Both the position numbers and the translations under genes were made by a program. A model generated the notes under the pieces. It saw only the letters and a program-made list of their open reading frames with translations, made no database searches and had not been told where the DNA came from. 61,162 bases of DNA from Collinsella sp. (lineage in GTDB: Bacteria > Actinomycetota > Coriobacteriia > Coriobacteriales > Coriobacteriaceae), in contig JAIIWC010000001.1 of NCBI GenBank assembly GCA_022745215.1, positions 1-61,162 of the forward strand, in the 5' to 3' direction. Shown here in pieces: positions 47,468 through 57,938 of this stretch. Each line of letters begins with the position of its first letter. Within the stretch, counting starts at the first letter, position 1.

Positions 47468-47666
47468 GTCGGTCCTCCGAACAAAGGTTATAGCCATAGC
47501 ATGGGTCGACCCCTGCGCACATTAACCTTCAGGTTGAAAGTAAATGCAAAGGTAAACCGTATTATGTTTGCACATTATGAACGTATCAGTCAAATAATTG
47601 ACCGTGAAAACCAAACAAACCAGATAAACGGCGTGGTATGGCCCCTCAACAAAGCATCAACCAGCG

Positions 47667-48923
47667 CTACGAGGTCGGAGCATTCCTAAATGTGTAGTTG
47701 CCCGGAGAGCGCACATTGATATACGTTACGCCCTCTACCTGCGAAAGCAACTTGGTGACTACGCGTTCCTTCTTGGCGATATCGTCCGAATCGCCCAGCG
47801 ACACCTCGATGCCGTTATTGAGGTTTGCCGAGATGGCTTCGACCGAAGGCGTGGAAATATCCTTGACTTGTCCCAAGAACTCGCTCGAAAAACCACGCAC
47901 ATAATCCAGGCCGGCCTTAACGGCTTTGGAGTTAACCGCCTGGCCGGAAACCGGAGCGACATCCGCCGAGACATCAGTCAACAACACCGCGCCATAATGC
48001 TTGGCGAGCGCCAGCGCGGCATCGATTCCGGTCAAGGTATTTGAGCCCTGCCCTGTCGTGATGACGTTGCCCTGGTCGTCCACTTCGACCGACGTCGACA
48101 GCGGGGCGATCCAGGTGTCATCGTCTCCGATAGCCCAGGCAAGGTCGTCGGAGCTGATATACGCAATGGCGATAACTTTACGCTCCGTCGGCGTGATGAT
48201 AAGCGTATGGGGAAACTGGCGCTGGACATCCACGCCCGAAACCCACGGGTTCTGCTTGAGATCCTCGGTAATCTGGTCGGGATCGACGTTAAAAAGCGAC
48301 GTTCCCTCGGGCAAGTCGATCAGCTGGATAGCATCGTGCTTCGTCACATGCTCGCTGCCTTGAATCTGAATATCAGTGGCAGTAAACAGTCCAGAGTTGA
48401 TCACCACGATGGCAACGACGACGAGCACGGCCAAGACGGCCAGAACGCCGCCCACGATTTTGCCTTTGCCTGTAACGACAGAAGCGGCGTCTGATGTTTT
48501 ATTTGCCATCGCTACAAGTGAAGATAACGGGTTGAAACCTTTTTTACTCGAAGGCTTCTTGGCGGTAGCCGGCACCGATGTCAGCGAGCGCGGTTTCGAT
48601 GCGCCCAGCGTGCGACCTGGACGCGCCGCTTTAGTTCCCGTCGAGGGCTTGGGAGCTGCCATGGGACGGGCAGGCTTGGCGCCCATAACAGGCTTTGACG
48701 TCACCGAGGGACGCGAGGACTTTTTTGCGGCCGGACGATTACCGAGCTGCGAGCCGACGACCGGACGACTGGTCTGTCGAGCATGCCCGACAGACTTAGA
48801 GTGCGCGACGGTATTGCGTTGAGGTTTGGCAGGCGCGCCGGAACGCCCTCCGGCGCGGCGGAAGGTGGGTTTCGATGCTCTAGAAGCCGAGGAATTTAAC
48901 TTCCGGTCTGAGCTCGATGCCAT
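47667..48923 (-). CDS. ftsQ: Cell division protein FtsQ/DivIB
   Basis: Basic disordered N-terminus, one TM segment, POTRA-like (PWV..V.V.R.FP); located between murB and ftsZ. Confidence 0.85.
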   Translation of the reverse strand: MASSSDRKLNSSASRASKPTFRRAGGRSGAPAKPQRNTVAHSKSVGHARQTSRPVVGSQLGNRPAAKKSSRPSVTSKPVMGAKPARPMAAPKPSTGTKAARPGRTLGASKPRSLTSVPATAKKPSSKKGFNPLSSLVAMANKTSDAASVVTGKGKIVGGVLAVLAVLVVVAIVVINSGLFTATDIQIQGSEHVTKHDAIQLIDLPEGTSLFNVDPDQITEDLKQNPWVSGVDVQRQFPHTLIITPTERKVIAIAYISSDDLAWAIGDDDTWIAPLSTSVEVDDQGNVITTGQGSNTLTGIDAALALAKHYGAVLLTDVSADVAPVSGQAVNSKAVKAGLDYVRGFSSEFLGQVKDISTPSVEAISANLNNGIEVSLGDSDDIAKKERVVTKLLSQVEGVTYINVRSPGNYTFRNAPTS

Positions 48924-49791
48924 ACGCCTCCCTCACCTTTCCGTGCACATGTCTAATAACCGCGGCAACGTCATCGGCCGAGGCAGTTCCGTTATTAACG
49001 ATAAAATTAGCGTGAACGGGCGAAACTTCCGCGCCGCCAATCGAAAAACCCTTTAATCCACAATCCTCGATAAGCTTGCCCACACTCGCATCGGGCGGGT
49101 TGCGAAAGACAGACCCGCAGGATGCGCGACCCATGGGCTGCGTACGCTTGCGCCTTGTAAGGTACCGCTCCATGCGCTCGCGAATGTCGGCCTTGGGCGC
49201 CGGTTTAAGCTTGAGCACGCACTCGAGGATGATCTCATTGCGGGGAAGGCTACATTCGCGGTAGCCCCAAGTGATCTCGGACCCCGCATAATGCTTGATA
49301 CCGGATGCCGGGTCAAACGTTACGACATCCTCAACCAGCGAGCCAATCCACTCGGTCCGTGTGCCGGCATTCATAGATATCGCACCGCCGACCGAACCAG
49401 GGATGCCAACGGCAAACTCAAGGCCCGAAAGGCTACGCGACAGGGCATCGTTGACCAGGCGCGCAAACATCACGCCCGCACCGACCGTCAGCGTACAACC
49501 GTCGTCGGCAACAACCGTGCGCTGAAACTCACGTCCGAGCGAAATGACGGCACCGCGATAACCGCCATCGGCAACCAGCAGATTGGAGCCCTTGCCGATG
49601 ATGACCCACGGCACCTGCTCGCGATCGAGCACCGCCACGGCGCGACGGAGGGCATGATAGCTATGGCACGTCACAAAGAGGTCGGCCTTGCCGCCGATAC
49701 GATAGCTCGTATGACGCGCAAGGCGCTCGTCCTCGATCACATCCGTGTCGATCATGCCCGAGAGCGCCATGACGGCGTTAAACAGACCCAT
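48880..49791 (-). CDS. murB: UDP-N-acetylenolpyruvoylglucosamine reductase
   Basis: RIGG.A, GSNLL..D.G, GIPGSVGGA..MNAG, GSVFRNP, HANF. Confidence 0.96.
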   Translation of the reverse strand: MGLFNAVMALSGMIDTDVIEDERLARHTSYRIGGKADLFVTCHSYHALRRAVAVLDREQVPWVIIGKGSNLLVADGGYRGAVISLGREFQRTVVADDGCTLTVGAGVMFARLVNDALSRSLSGLEFAVGIPGSVGGAISMNAGTRTEWIGSLVEDVVTFDPASGIKHYAGSEITWGYRECSLPRNEIILECVLKLKPAPKADIRERMERYLTRRKRTQPMGRASCGSVFRNPPDASVGKLIEDCGLKGFSIGGAEVSPVHANFIVNNGTASADDVAAVIRHVHGKVREAYGIELRPEVKFLGF

Positions 49792-49796
49792 TAGAC

Positions 49797-51215
49797 TTAA
49801 GCGTCTTTCTTGGCAGTCAGATACTCAATGAACTCGGGACCGACGGTCGTAACGTCGCCGGCACCCATGGTGAGCAGCAGGTCGCCCTCGCCCACCATCT
49901 GCTCGAGCTCCTGATTGAGCTCAAGACGGCTGGAGCAGTACACGACCTCCTTGCCAGGATGCTTGGCGCGCACGGTATCGGCGAGCATCTTAGAGGTGAC
50001 ACCCGGAATGGGCATTTCGCCAGCCGAGAACACATCAATCAGCAGCAGTTTATCGGCATTGGCAAATGCATCGGCAAAGTCGTCGCACAGGGCCTGCAGG
50101 CGCGAATAGCGGTGCGGCTGGAACACGACGTCGACGTGCTTGTAGCCCAGCGACGAAGCGGCGGCAAGCGTCGCCTTGATCTCGGTGGGGTGATGGCCGT
50201 AATCATCGACCACGGTGATGCCATCGATATCGCCCACGTGGGTAAAGCGACGGCGGACGCCCTCAAAGCTCGAGAGCGCCTTGGCGGCGGCGTCGATGTC
50301 AAGGCCCAGGACATGGGCGACGGTAAGCACGGCCGTGGCGTTGAGCATGTTGTGGCGACCGGGATTGCTCTTGATCTCCACAGCGTGCTCAGTGCCGTCC
50401 TCAAAGCGAACGATAAAGTCACTCTGGATGCCCTTGACATCCGGGTGCACGCAGACGATGTCGTTGCTCTCGGCAAAACCGTAGGAAAGCACGTGACGGC
50501 CCGTCGACTTGGCGAGCTCGACCAGATGCGGGTCCTCGCCGCAGACGATGACGGTGCCGTCCTCGCCCACCAGGCTCATGAATTTGGCGAAAGTTGCCTC
50601 GATCTCCTCGATACCCGAGTAGTGATCGAGGTGGTCGGCCTCGACGTTGGTCACAATGACCACGTTGGGGTTCAGGAACAGGAAGGAGCTGTCGGACTCG
50701 TCGGCCTCGGCGACAAAGTAGTCTCCCGAGCCGTTCTTGCCGTTCGTGTCATAGCCCTCGACGATGCCGCCGATCAAGAAGCTCGGATCCAGACCCATGC
50801 GGTCGAGCATGGTGGCGCACATCGAAGACGTGGTGGTCTTGCCATGCGTGCCGGCAACAGCGACGGTAGTGTAGCCGTGGCCCAAAGCAGAGAGCATCTT
50901 GGCACGGGGCCACACGGGAATGCCCAGCTCGCGAGCGCGCACGAGCTCAGGGTTGGACTCCGGAATAGCGGTGGAGACAACAACCACGTCGGGCTTGACC
51001 TCGTCGATCGTGGCTGCCTCATGGCCCACATGCACCTTCACACCAGCGCGTGTAAGCTGGCGGATATAACGTGACGTCTTAAGGTCGGAGCCGGTAACGG
51101 CATAACCGCGCTCGTGCAGAACGAGGGCGATGCCGCTCATGCCGGCGCCGCCGATACCGATAAAGTGGGCGCTCTTAAACTCGGGCGCGGAGGTTGCAGT
51201 CTGGGAATCAGCCAT
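49797..51215 (-). CDS. murC: UDP-N-acetylmuramate--L-alanine ligase
   Basis: HFIGIGGAGMSG, GTHGKTTT, EADESD, DDYGHHPTEI, FQPHRYSR. Confidence 0.97.
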   Translation of the reverse strand: MADSQTATSAPEFKSAHFIGIGGAGMSGIALVLHERGYAVTGSDLKTSRYIRQLTRAGVKVHVGHEAATIDEVKPDVVVVSTAIPESNPELVRARELGIPVWPRAKMLSALGHGYTTVAVAGTHGKTTTSSMCATMLDRMGLDPSFLIGGIVEGYDTNGKNGSGDYFVAEADESDSSFLFLNPNVVIVTNVEADHLDHYSGIEEIEATFAKFMSLVGEDGTVIVCGEDPHLVELAKSTGRHVLSYGFAESNDIVCVHPDVKGIQSDFIVRFEDGTEHAVEIKSNPGRHNMLNATAVLTVAHVLGLDIDAAAKALSSFEGVRRRFTHVGDIDGITVVDDYGHHPTEIKATLAAASSLGYKHVDVVFQPHRYSRLQALCDDFADAFANADKLLLIDVFSAGEMPIPGVTSKMLADTVRAKHPGKEVVYCSSRLELNQELEQMVGEGDLLLTMGAGDVTTVGPEFIEYLTAKKDA

Positions 51216-51312
51216 GTGCTCGTGTACTCCTTGCGTAAACACTGCCTGTAACCCGTTAACTGTACCGCACCTACCGCATCAGCGCGAGGGCGACCGACGA
51301 TATCCCGTCTAA

Positions 51313-52428
51313 CTAACGCAAACCCTCTACCGCATCGGCCAGAAGAGCGGCGGCCCTATCCTGAGCCAGACCACGCGCCGCCTGACGCATGACGTCGCGC
51401 TCTGCCGCGTCATCGACCAGGTGCAGCAGCTCATCGGCAAAGGCAGAACCGTCGATATCGGCATCGGCACAGAGCACGCCGGCCCCGGCGTCGACCAGAT
51501 AACGGGCATTGGTGGTTTGGTGGTCGGCCGTCGCATGCGGATACGGCACGAGTATCGAGGGCACGGCGAGCGCAGCGATCTCGGCCACGCTCGATGCACC
51601 CGAACGCGAGAGCACCAAATCGGCAGCAGCCAGCATATCGCCCATGTTGTCGATGTAAGGCTGGACGCGGTAACGCTTCGCCTCCTCGGGCGTCAGCGCC
51701 AAAGCGCGCTCGGTCTCCTCAAAGCCGTCGGCACCCGTCGAATGCAACACATAGAGGCTCTTGCGCGAAAGCAGCTCGTTTTTGAGCGAAGCCACGCGCT
51801 CGTTGAGGTGCTGAGCGCCAAGTGAACCGCCAAAGACGAGCAGCAGCGTAGCGTCCTCGGGAACGCCAAGTGCCTTGCGGCCGCGAGCGCGATCGCCCTC
51901 GATCACCGAGCGACGTACGGGGTTGCCGGTCATGAGTACGTGGTCAGGGTCACCTTCGCGCTCAAAGACCGCGCGCGCTGCCGGCACCGAGATGCACACG
52001 CGGGCGGCGTGGGAGTTCATCATCTTGTTGGCCAGGCCCGGAACAGAGTTCTGCTCATGCAGCAGATACGGAACGCCCGCGCCCTTGCACCACCCCAGCA
52101 GCGGAACCTCGACATAGGCACCAAAACCGATGGCGGCATCGGGCTTGCCGACCTTTGAGAAATGACTGGCGAGCGCACGCTTGGCCTTGTTGACACGCCA
52201 CAGCGAGGTCAGCGCCGTCCAAGGACGGGAGCGGTCGAAGCCCGTAACCGTAATGGGCACAAAATCAAACCCAGCCTCGGGGACCAGACGACCCTCGAGC
52301 TTGCGCGACTGGCCCACGAACACAACGTGGTGGCCACGGTCACGCAGCTCTTCGGCCAAGGCGAGCGCGGGGTTGATATGCCCTGCCGTACCGCCGGCTG
52401 CGATAGCAACGGTCATCTTATCGGTCAT
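51313..52428 (-). CDS. murG: Lipid II GlcNAc transferase
   Basis: GGTAGHINP, HEQN, GNPVR, GGSLGA, RSGAS, DHQ..NA. Confidence 0.96.
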   Translation of the reverse strand: MTDKMTVAIAAGGTAGHINPALALAEELRDRGHHVVFVGQSRKLEGRLVPEAGFDFVPITVTGFDRSRPWTALTSLWRVNKAKRALASHFSKVGKPDAAIGFGAYVEVPLLGWCKGAGVPYLLHEQNSVPGLANKMMNSHAARVCISVPAARAVFEREGDPDHVLMTGNPVRRSVIEGDRARGRKALGVPEDATLLLVFGGSLGAQHLNERVASLKNELLSRKSLYVLHSTGADGFEETERALALTPEEAKRYRVQPYIDNMGDMLAAADLVLSRSGASSVAEIAALAVPSILVPYPHATADHQTTNARYLVDAGAGVLCADADIDGSAFADELLHLVDDAAERDVMRQAARGLAQDRAAALLADAVEGLR

Positions 52429-53944
52429 GGTAGTCCCTTCGTACACGCGGTCCCTGGTCGTCGGTGCGCAAACGCGCCGACGGGTCCGAGTTCAAATCGA
52501 TTCGATTATATCCGCCGCCCGCATTGCGAGGGGTTGGGCGCTGCGGACGACCTTGCGGCGCCGTTCGCTGACGCGGACGGGCTGCCGGCTCGGTCGCAGA
52601 GCCATCCAGAACGGTAAAGCCGTTACGCGAAGATCGCTCGCCGCGCACGTGGGGCACGCCGGCGGTACTCTCATCCATAACGGCAAAGCTCTCGCGGCGA
52701 CGGTCGTACTCATCGCGACGCGCGCTCTCGTACGAAACGCGCAGGATCAGACCGGCAAGCATAAGCGACACAATAATCGACGAACCGCCGTAGCTAATAA
52801 ACGGCAACGGTTTGCCCGTCATGGGAAACACGTTGAGGATGCCCAACGCATTGATCAAAAACTGCACCGCGAGAATGACCGCGGAGCCAGACGCCATGAG
52901 CGCGCCCCGACGATCGGTCGCCTGCTCGGCAATGCGAAACGCCGAGTAGATCAGCATCGCAAACACCAAGAAGAGCAGCACGGTTCCGACAAAACCGACT
53001 TCCTCGCCAATGATGGCCAGGATGTAGTCATTGTGCGCCTCGGGCAGATACGAGTACTTCATGGTTGAGTTGCCGATGCCACGGCCGAACAGACCGCCCG
53101 AGGCAAAGGCCATGATGGCAAGCGTGGCCTGATAGCCATCTCCGTACTCATCGGCCCAGGGATTCCATGCAACCTCGACACGCGTCATACGATACGGCTC
53201 GGCGATAAGGGCGATTGCAATAACAACGATGCCACCGGCAATCGTCCAAACGATGTATTTGGGGTCCAATCCCGCAAACAACGCCATGCACACCAGCGTC
53301 AACAAAATGATCAGAATGGTGCCAAAGTCGGGCTGGATAAAAATCAGAAGAATCGAAGGGCCCAAACAGATACCCATCTTGCTAAGGAACTCGTTGATGT
53401 TACCACCGGGCGAAAAGAAGCGATCGAGCATAATGGCCGAGTACGCAATGGCAAATGGCTTCAAAAACTCGGAGGGCTGGAACTGAATGCCGGCGATGTT
53501 GAGCCAGCGCGTGGCGCCACGACTGCCGCTGCCCACTAAGAACACCAACAGCAGCAAGAACATCATGACGAACAGGAAGATCCTGAGCACATCCTCCCCA
53601 AACCAGCTGTCCGGCAAATAGCGGGCAATGGCAACCATGGCCAGCACGCCAACCCCGGCAAACGCGGCCTGTCGAAACAGGAAGAACGTCGCCGAACCGT
53701 TCTCGTGCAGCGCCTCGACCGAAGATGCCGAGTACACCATCAACAAGCCAAAGCACACCAGCGAAAACAAGCAGGCCAAAAATACCAATCGGGGGCGCAT
53801 GATGCGAGCGGGAACGCCGGCAATATAGCGTTCGCTGAACGTTTGCCCACCGCGGCCAGAACGCGGCGTGCTGCGCCGTGAGGAAGCACGGTCCGAGTCG
53901 GGCCTCCTCATGCTTTGTCGGGGGCTCTCCTCTCTCACCGGCAA
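52418..53944 (-). CDS. ftsW: SEDS peptidoglycan polymerase FtsW (start uncertain, 53911-53944)
   Basis: GATRW, QPSEF.K, QPDFG, GYQ, LPEAHND, GEE.G, LPFISYGGS. Confidence 0.94.
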   Translation of the reverse strand: MPVREESPRQSMRRPDSDRASSRRSTPRSGRGGQTFSERYIAGVPARIMRPRLVFLACLFSLVCFGLLMVYSASSVEALHENGSATFFLFRQAAFAGVGVLAMVAIARYLPDSWFGEDVLRIFLFVMMFLLLLVFLVGSGSRGATRWLNIAGIQFQPSEFLKPFAIAYSAIMLDRFFSPGGNINEFLSKMGICLGPSILLIFIQPDFGTILIILLTLVCMALFAGLDPKYIVWTIAGGIVVIAIALIAEPYRMTRVEVAWNPWADEYGDGYQATLAIMAFASGGLFGRGIGNSTMKYSYLPEAHNDYILAIIGEEVGFVGTVLLFLVFAMLIYSAFRIAEQATDRRGALMASGSAVILAVQFLINALGILNVFPMTGKPLPFISYGGSSIIVSLMLAGLILRVSYESARRDEYDRRRESFAVMDESTAGVPHVRGERSSRNGFTVLDGSATEPAARPRQRTAPQGRPQRPTPRNAGGGYNRIDLNSDPSARLRTDDQGPRVRRDYHDR

Positions 53945-53947
53945 CCC

Positions 53948-55354
53948 CTATTCCGTTTGCGATTTCGCCGCGGCGGCAAGCTGGGCCACATAGTCCTTGA
54001 ACACGCGGCCGCGCTCCTCGTAGCCCGAGAACTCGTCAAACGAAGAGCAAGCGGGCGAAAGCAGAACCACGTCGCCACGGCTCGAAAGCGAGCGGGCAAC
54101 GTCCACGGCGTCGCGCAGGTCATCGGCCTGCGCGATATCCACGTCGCCATCGACATCTGCCTCGTCCATAGCGGCGGTAAAACGCTCGCGCGCATCGCCA
54201 AAGCAGACGACCGAGCGCACGTTATCCATAACAACGCGGGCAAAGTCAGCGAGCGGCGTTCCCTTGTCATGGCCACCGAGCAGCAAAATCACGTCATCAT
54301 CGGGAAACGCCGTCAGGGCCTTCTCGACGGCGTCGGTGTTCGTCGCCTTGGAGTCGTTGACATAGCGTACGCCATCGATCTCGCCGCAGGGCTCCACGCG
54401 GTGCTCGAGCGGCTGAAACGTGGTCAGGCCACGACAGATACCATCGGCATCGGCACCGACGGCCAGGGCTGCCGTAGCGGCGCACAGGGCATTGATGACA
54501 TTGTGATGGCCCGAGATCTTGAGCTCGGACGTAGCGATGAGCGGGGTCTCGACACCCTTCAGGCGCACGATCATCTTCCCGTCGCGCACAAAGGCAGCGT
54601 CCTCACCCTCAGGCTCATCAAAGGCGACCTTGCAGATGCGGCGACCCGGCGTGTAGATGTACTCATCGAACTCATGGATGCCGGCATCCTCGACGTCGAT
54701 AACCACCAAGTCGTCGTCGATCATGTTCTCGAACAACTTGATCTTGGCAAGTGCATAGTTCTTATGACTCTTGTGCCAGCCCAAATGATCGGGCGTGATG
54801 TTAAGCAGCACCGCCACACGAGGATGGAGCTCGGAGCTCGTAGCAATCTGGTAGCTCGAAAGCTCCGCCACAAACCACTCATTATGCGCGCGTCCATCGA
54901 CCTCATTGACCGGCGGCTCGCCGATGTTGCCGACGGCTACGCTGGCCTCTCCGGCTGCCTTGAGCAGATAATCGGTCAAAGACGTGGTGGTCGTCTTGCC
55001 ATTGGTGCCCGTGATGGCAATCCAATTTTGGGGAGACAGGCGATAGGCAAACTCAGGCTCGCCCATAATTTGGGCGGCGTGCTCGCGCCCGGCCTTGAAG
55101 AAGGCCGAAAACTCCGAGATGCCCGGGCACGTCACGCACACATCGTAAACGCCCTCAACCTGCTCGGTACCATAGACAAACGATGCGCCGGCAGCCTCAA
55201 GCGAACGCGTGGCGTCATTGGGCTCGGAGGTACCGCCGCCATAGACGGTAACGGCGCTCACACGCTCGGGATGTGCCAGCGCCCAGCGGGCAACATCGAG
55301 GCCGGACTTGCCCTGACCCAAAACGAGCAGGCTAAAGGAATCTGCAAGAGGCAT
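53948..55354 (-). CDS. murD: UDP-MurNAc-L-Ala--D-glutamate ligase
   Basis: GTNGKTTT, ELSSYQ, NDSKATN, LSPACSSFD.F..YEERG. Confidence 0.96.
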   Translation of the reverse strand: MPLADSFSLLVLGQGKSGLDVARWALAHPERVSAVTVYGGGTSEPNDATRSLEAAGASFVYGTEQVEGVYDVCVTCPGISEFSAFFKAGREHAAQIMGEPEFAYRLSPQNWIAITGTNGKTTTTSLTDYLLKAAGEASVAVGNIGEPPVNEVDGRAHNEWFVAELSSYQIATSSELHPRVAVLLNITPDHLGWHKSHKNYALAKIKLFENMIDDDLVVIDVEDAGIHEFDEYIYTPGRRICKVAFDEPEGEDAAFVRDGKMIVRLKGVETPLIATSELKISGHHNVINALCAATAALAVGADADGICRGLTTFQPLEHRVEPCGEIDGVRYVNDSKATNTDAVEKALTAFPDDDVILLLGGHDKGTPLADFARVVMDNVRSVVCFGDARERFTAAMDEADVDGDVDIAQADDLRDAVDVARSLSSRGDVVLLSPACSSFDEFSGYEERGRVFKDYVAQLAAAAKSQTE

Positions 55355-55363
55355 AAATGACCA

Positions 55364-56383
55364 CTATCCCAACTGGAAGAACAGAGCAAGGCCAACGGCG
55401 CCAAAGGCCGCAGCGATAATCCAAAAACGAATAACGACCTTGGTCTCGGCCCAGCCCTTCTTTTCGAAATGATGATGGATGGGCGCCATAAGGAAGACGC
55501 GCTTGTGCGTAAAGTGGAAGTAGACGACCTGGATCATGACCGACAGGGTCTCCATGATAAACAGACCGCCGATGATGAGGGAGACGACCTCGGTGTTGGT
55601 CATGATGGACGTGCAGGCAAACGCGGCGCCCAGGGCAAGCGAACCGGTGTCGCCCATAAAGATGCTCGCCGGATAGCAGTTGAACCAAAGGAAGCCCAGG
55701 CAGGCGCCGGCGCACGCGGTGCAGAAGATGGACAGGTTCACGTCGCCATGCAAAAACGCCATGGCGGCCATGGCGAGCATGGCGATCATGGAAGTGCCGC
55801 CGGCAAGGCCGTCCAGGCCGTCGGTCAGGTTCACGGCATTGGAAAGGCCGGCGATCATCAGCCAGCAAAAGACGATGTAGAGCCACGGGAAGGCAAACCC
55901 GCCGATGGTAGTCGAAAGAACGCCGAGGTCGATCGTCAGGCCACCGGGAAAACGAATCTCGGGGGCGACGCCGCACCAGTTGACAGCAAGCACCGTAAAC
56001 GTGACGCAAATGATGGTCAGGCCGATCATCTTGGCGTGAGGCGTCAGGCCGAGCGAGCGCCCGTGCGTGACGGAGGTCAGATCGTCGATCAGGCCCAGTA
56101 CGCCGGTCGCCAGCGTGGCGAGCAGCACGAGCACGAGCTCGGTGGTGAGCTTGCCCATCAGCAGGCAAGTCAGCGAGATCGCGACGAGGATAACGACACC
56201 GCCCATAGTGGGCGTACCCTGCTTAATCAGATGGCGCTTGGGGCCATCGGCACGAACCTGCTGGCCGATACCCTCGACCTTGAGCAGCTTGATCCACCAC
56301 GGCATGAGCAGCAGCGCAATGGCGGCAGCGATGCCAAGCCCCAAAAAGGCCTGATACGTAGGATACGAGGGATTGCCGAACAT
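55364..56383 (-). CDS. mraY: Phospho-MurNAc-pentapeptide transferase
   Basis: GTPTMGG, NAVNLTDGLDGL, FMGDTGSL, APIHHHFE. Confidence 0.97.
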   Translation of the reverse strand: MFGNPSYPTYQAFLGLGIAAAIALLLMPWWIKLLKVEGIGQQVRADGPKRHLIKQGTPTMGGVVILVAISLTCLLMGKLTTELVLVLLATLATGVLGLIDDLTSVTHGRSLGLTPHAKMIGLTIICVTFTVLAVNWCGVAPEIRFPGGLTIDLGVLSTTIGGFAFPWLYIVFCWLMIAGLSNAVNLTDGLDGLAGGTSMIAMLAMAAMAFLHGDVNLSIFCTACAGACLGFLWFNCYPASIFMGDTGSLALGAAFACTSIMTNTEVVSLIIGGLFIMETLSVMIQVVYFHFTHKRVFLMAPIHHHFEKKGWAETKVVIRFWIIAAAFGAVGLALFFQLG

Positions 56384-56386
56384 GGG

Positions 56387-57811
56387 CTAGCACACACCTT
56401 CCACAAAGCGGTCGAGCTCAACAAAACGGGAACCCTTGACCAGTACAACATCATGATTTTCGAGTGCGCCGCCCATGCGGTCGAGCACCTGCTGATAATT
56501 GGAAAACACCTGAATGCGGTCCTCGTCCATGCCCATCATGCGCGCGGCATCGGCCATAAGCTGAGCCAGCTCGCCGCCCACACACACCAGCATGTCGAGC
56601 TTCTTGGCGGCGGCATAGGCACCCACGAGTTCATGCATGCGGGGAGCCTCGTCGCCCATCTCGCCCATCTCGCCCAGGACCGCCATGCGCGAGCCTTTGC
56701 AGATAAGTGAGCACAGCAGATCGAGGCCGGCAGCCATGGATTCGGCACTGGCGTTATAGGAATCATCGATGATGCGGGCGCCGCTCTTGGCGCGCTTGAT
56801 CTCCTGACGGTGCCCGGTGATCGTGAGGCCCCTAAAGGCAGCATCGATCTGCTCGGGCGTCACGCCCAGGCGATAGGCAACTGCGGCGGCCTTAACGGCA
56901 TTTGGGACGGACTGCACGCCGGGGATGGCAAGCATGGTATCGGTCGTCTCACCCTGGCCAAAATCGAGCGTAAAGACCGGACGGCCCTCGTCATCAACAC
57001 GAATGTCGCGGGCACGGACCTCATCATCGTCCGAGACGCCGGCCAGCATCACATCGATACCAGCAGGCTGGGCGAACGTATCGCGAATGAACGGCGTAAA
57101 GTCGTCCTCGCCGCCCAAAACCAGCAGCGGCAAATAGTCGCCGGCGGCGCACATACCCTGGACAATCTCGGCCTTAGCGCGGGCGATGTTCTCGCGGCTG
57201 CCCAAAATGCCGATATGAGAGGTACCGATCTTGCTCACGATGGCAAGGTTGGGATTGGCGGACTGGGACAGGCGCTCAATCTCGTGGAAATGGTTCATGC
57301 CCATCTCGAGCACCAGAACCTCGGTATCGGCCGGAGCGGAAAGCACCGTGAGCGGCATGCCGATCAGGTTATTGAAATTGCCCTTGGTGGCCCAAACGCG
57401 ATAGCGCTTGGCGAGCACAGCGGCGAGCACGTCCTTGGTCGTCGTCTTGCCGATGGAACCGGTAATGCCAACGACCAGGCAGCCAAGCTCCAGGCGATAC
57501 GCGTGCGCCAAACGCAGCAGAAACTCCTCGGGATCATCGGTCAGCAAGATGGCACAGCCCTTGTCCTGTGCCAGCGAGACCAGCTCGGCCTCGGGCTCAC
57601 GCGTCATCACGACGGCGCCGGCACCCGACTGGACGGCACGGGAAGCAAAATCATTGCCGTCGACGTTTTCACCGGGAAAGGCGACGAAAATCGTCCCTTC
57701 CTCGACCTGGCGCGAGTCGATAACGCACCCGCGGCATACCCGATCGGCTTCTCCCGTCACGGTTCGGGCCCCTGTTGCGGCCGCGAGGTTGTTGACGGCG
57801 ATCTCTATCAT
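56387..57811 (-). CDS. murF: UDP-MurNAc-tripeptide--D-Ala-D-Ala ligase
   Basis: DSR, GS.GKTTTK, N.NN.IG.P, EMGM, DSYNA, KGSR. Confidence 0.95.
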   Translation of the reverse strand: MIEIAVNNLAAATGARTVTGEADRVCRGCVIDSRQVEEGTIFVAFPGENVDGNDFASRAVQSGAGAVVMTREPEAELVSLAQDKGCAILLTDDPEEFLLRLAHAYRLELGCLVVGITGSIGKTTTKDVLAAVLAKRYRVWATKGNFNNLIGMPLTVLSAPADTEVLVLEMGMNHFHEIERLSQSANPNLAIVSKIGTSHIGILGSRENIARAKAEIVQGMCAAGDYLPLLVLGGEDDFTPFIRDTFAQPAGIDVMLAGVSDDDEVRARDIRVDDEGRPVFTLDFGQGETTDTMLAIPGVQSVPNAVKAAAVAYRLGVTPEQIDAAFRGLTITGHRQEIKRAKSGARIIDDSYNASAESMAAGLDLLCSLICKGSRMAVLGEMGEMGDEAPRMHELVGAYAAAKKLDMLVCVGGELAQLMADAARMMGMDEDRIQVFSNYQQVLDRMGGALENHDVVLVKGSRFVELDRFVEGVC

Positions 57812-57938
57812 TGCAGCTCCCCTGTAAACCTAATAATGCTATCGGCGTATTGTATCCCAGCGCCGCGCATGCGTGGTGCAGGGCATGTGAACACCCCTCA
57901 TATGGGACAACAAACCACGCCCCAAAGATTGTAACCCC

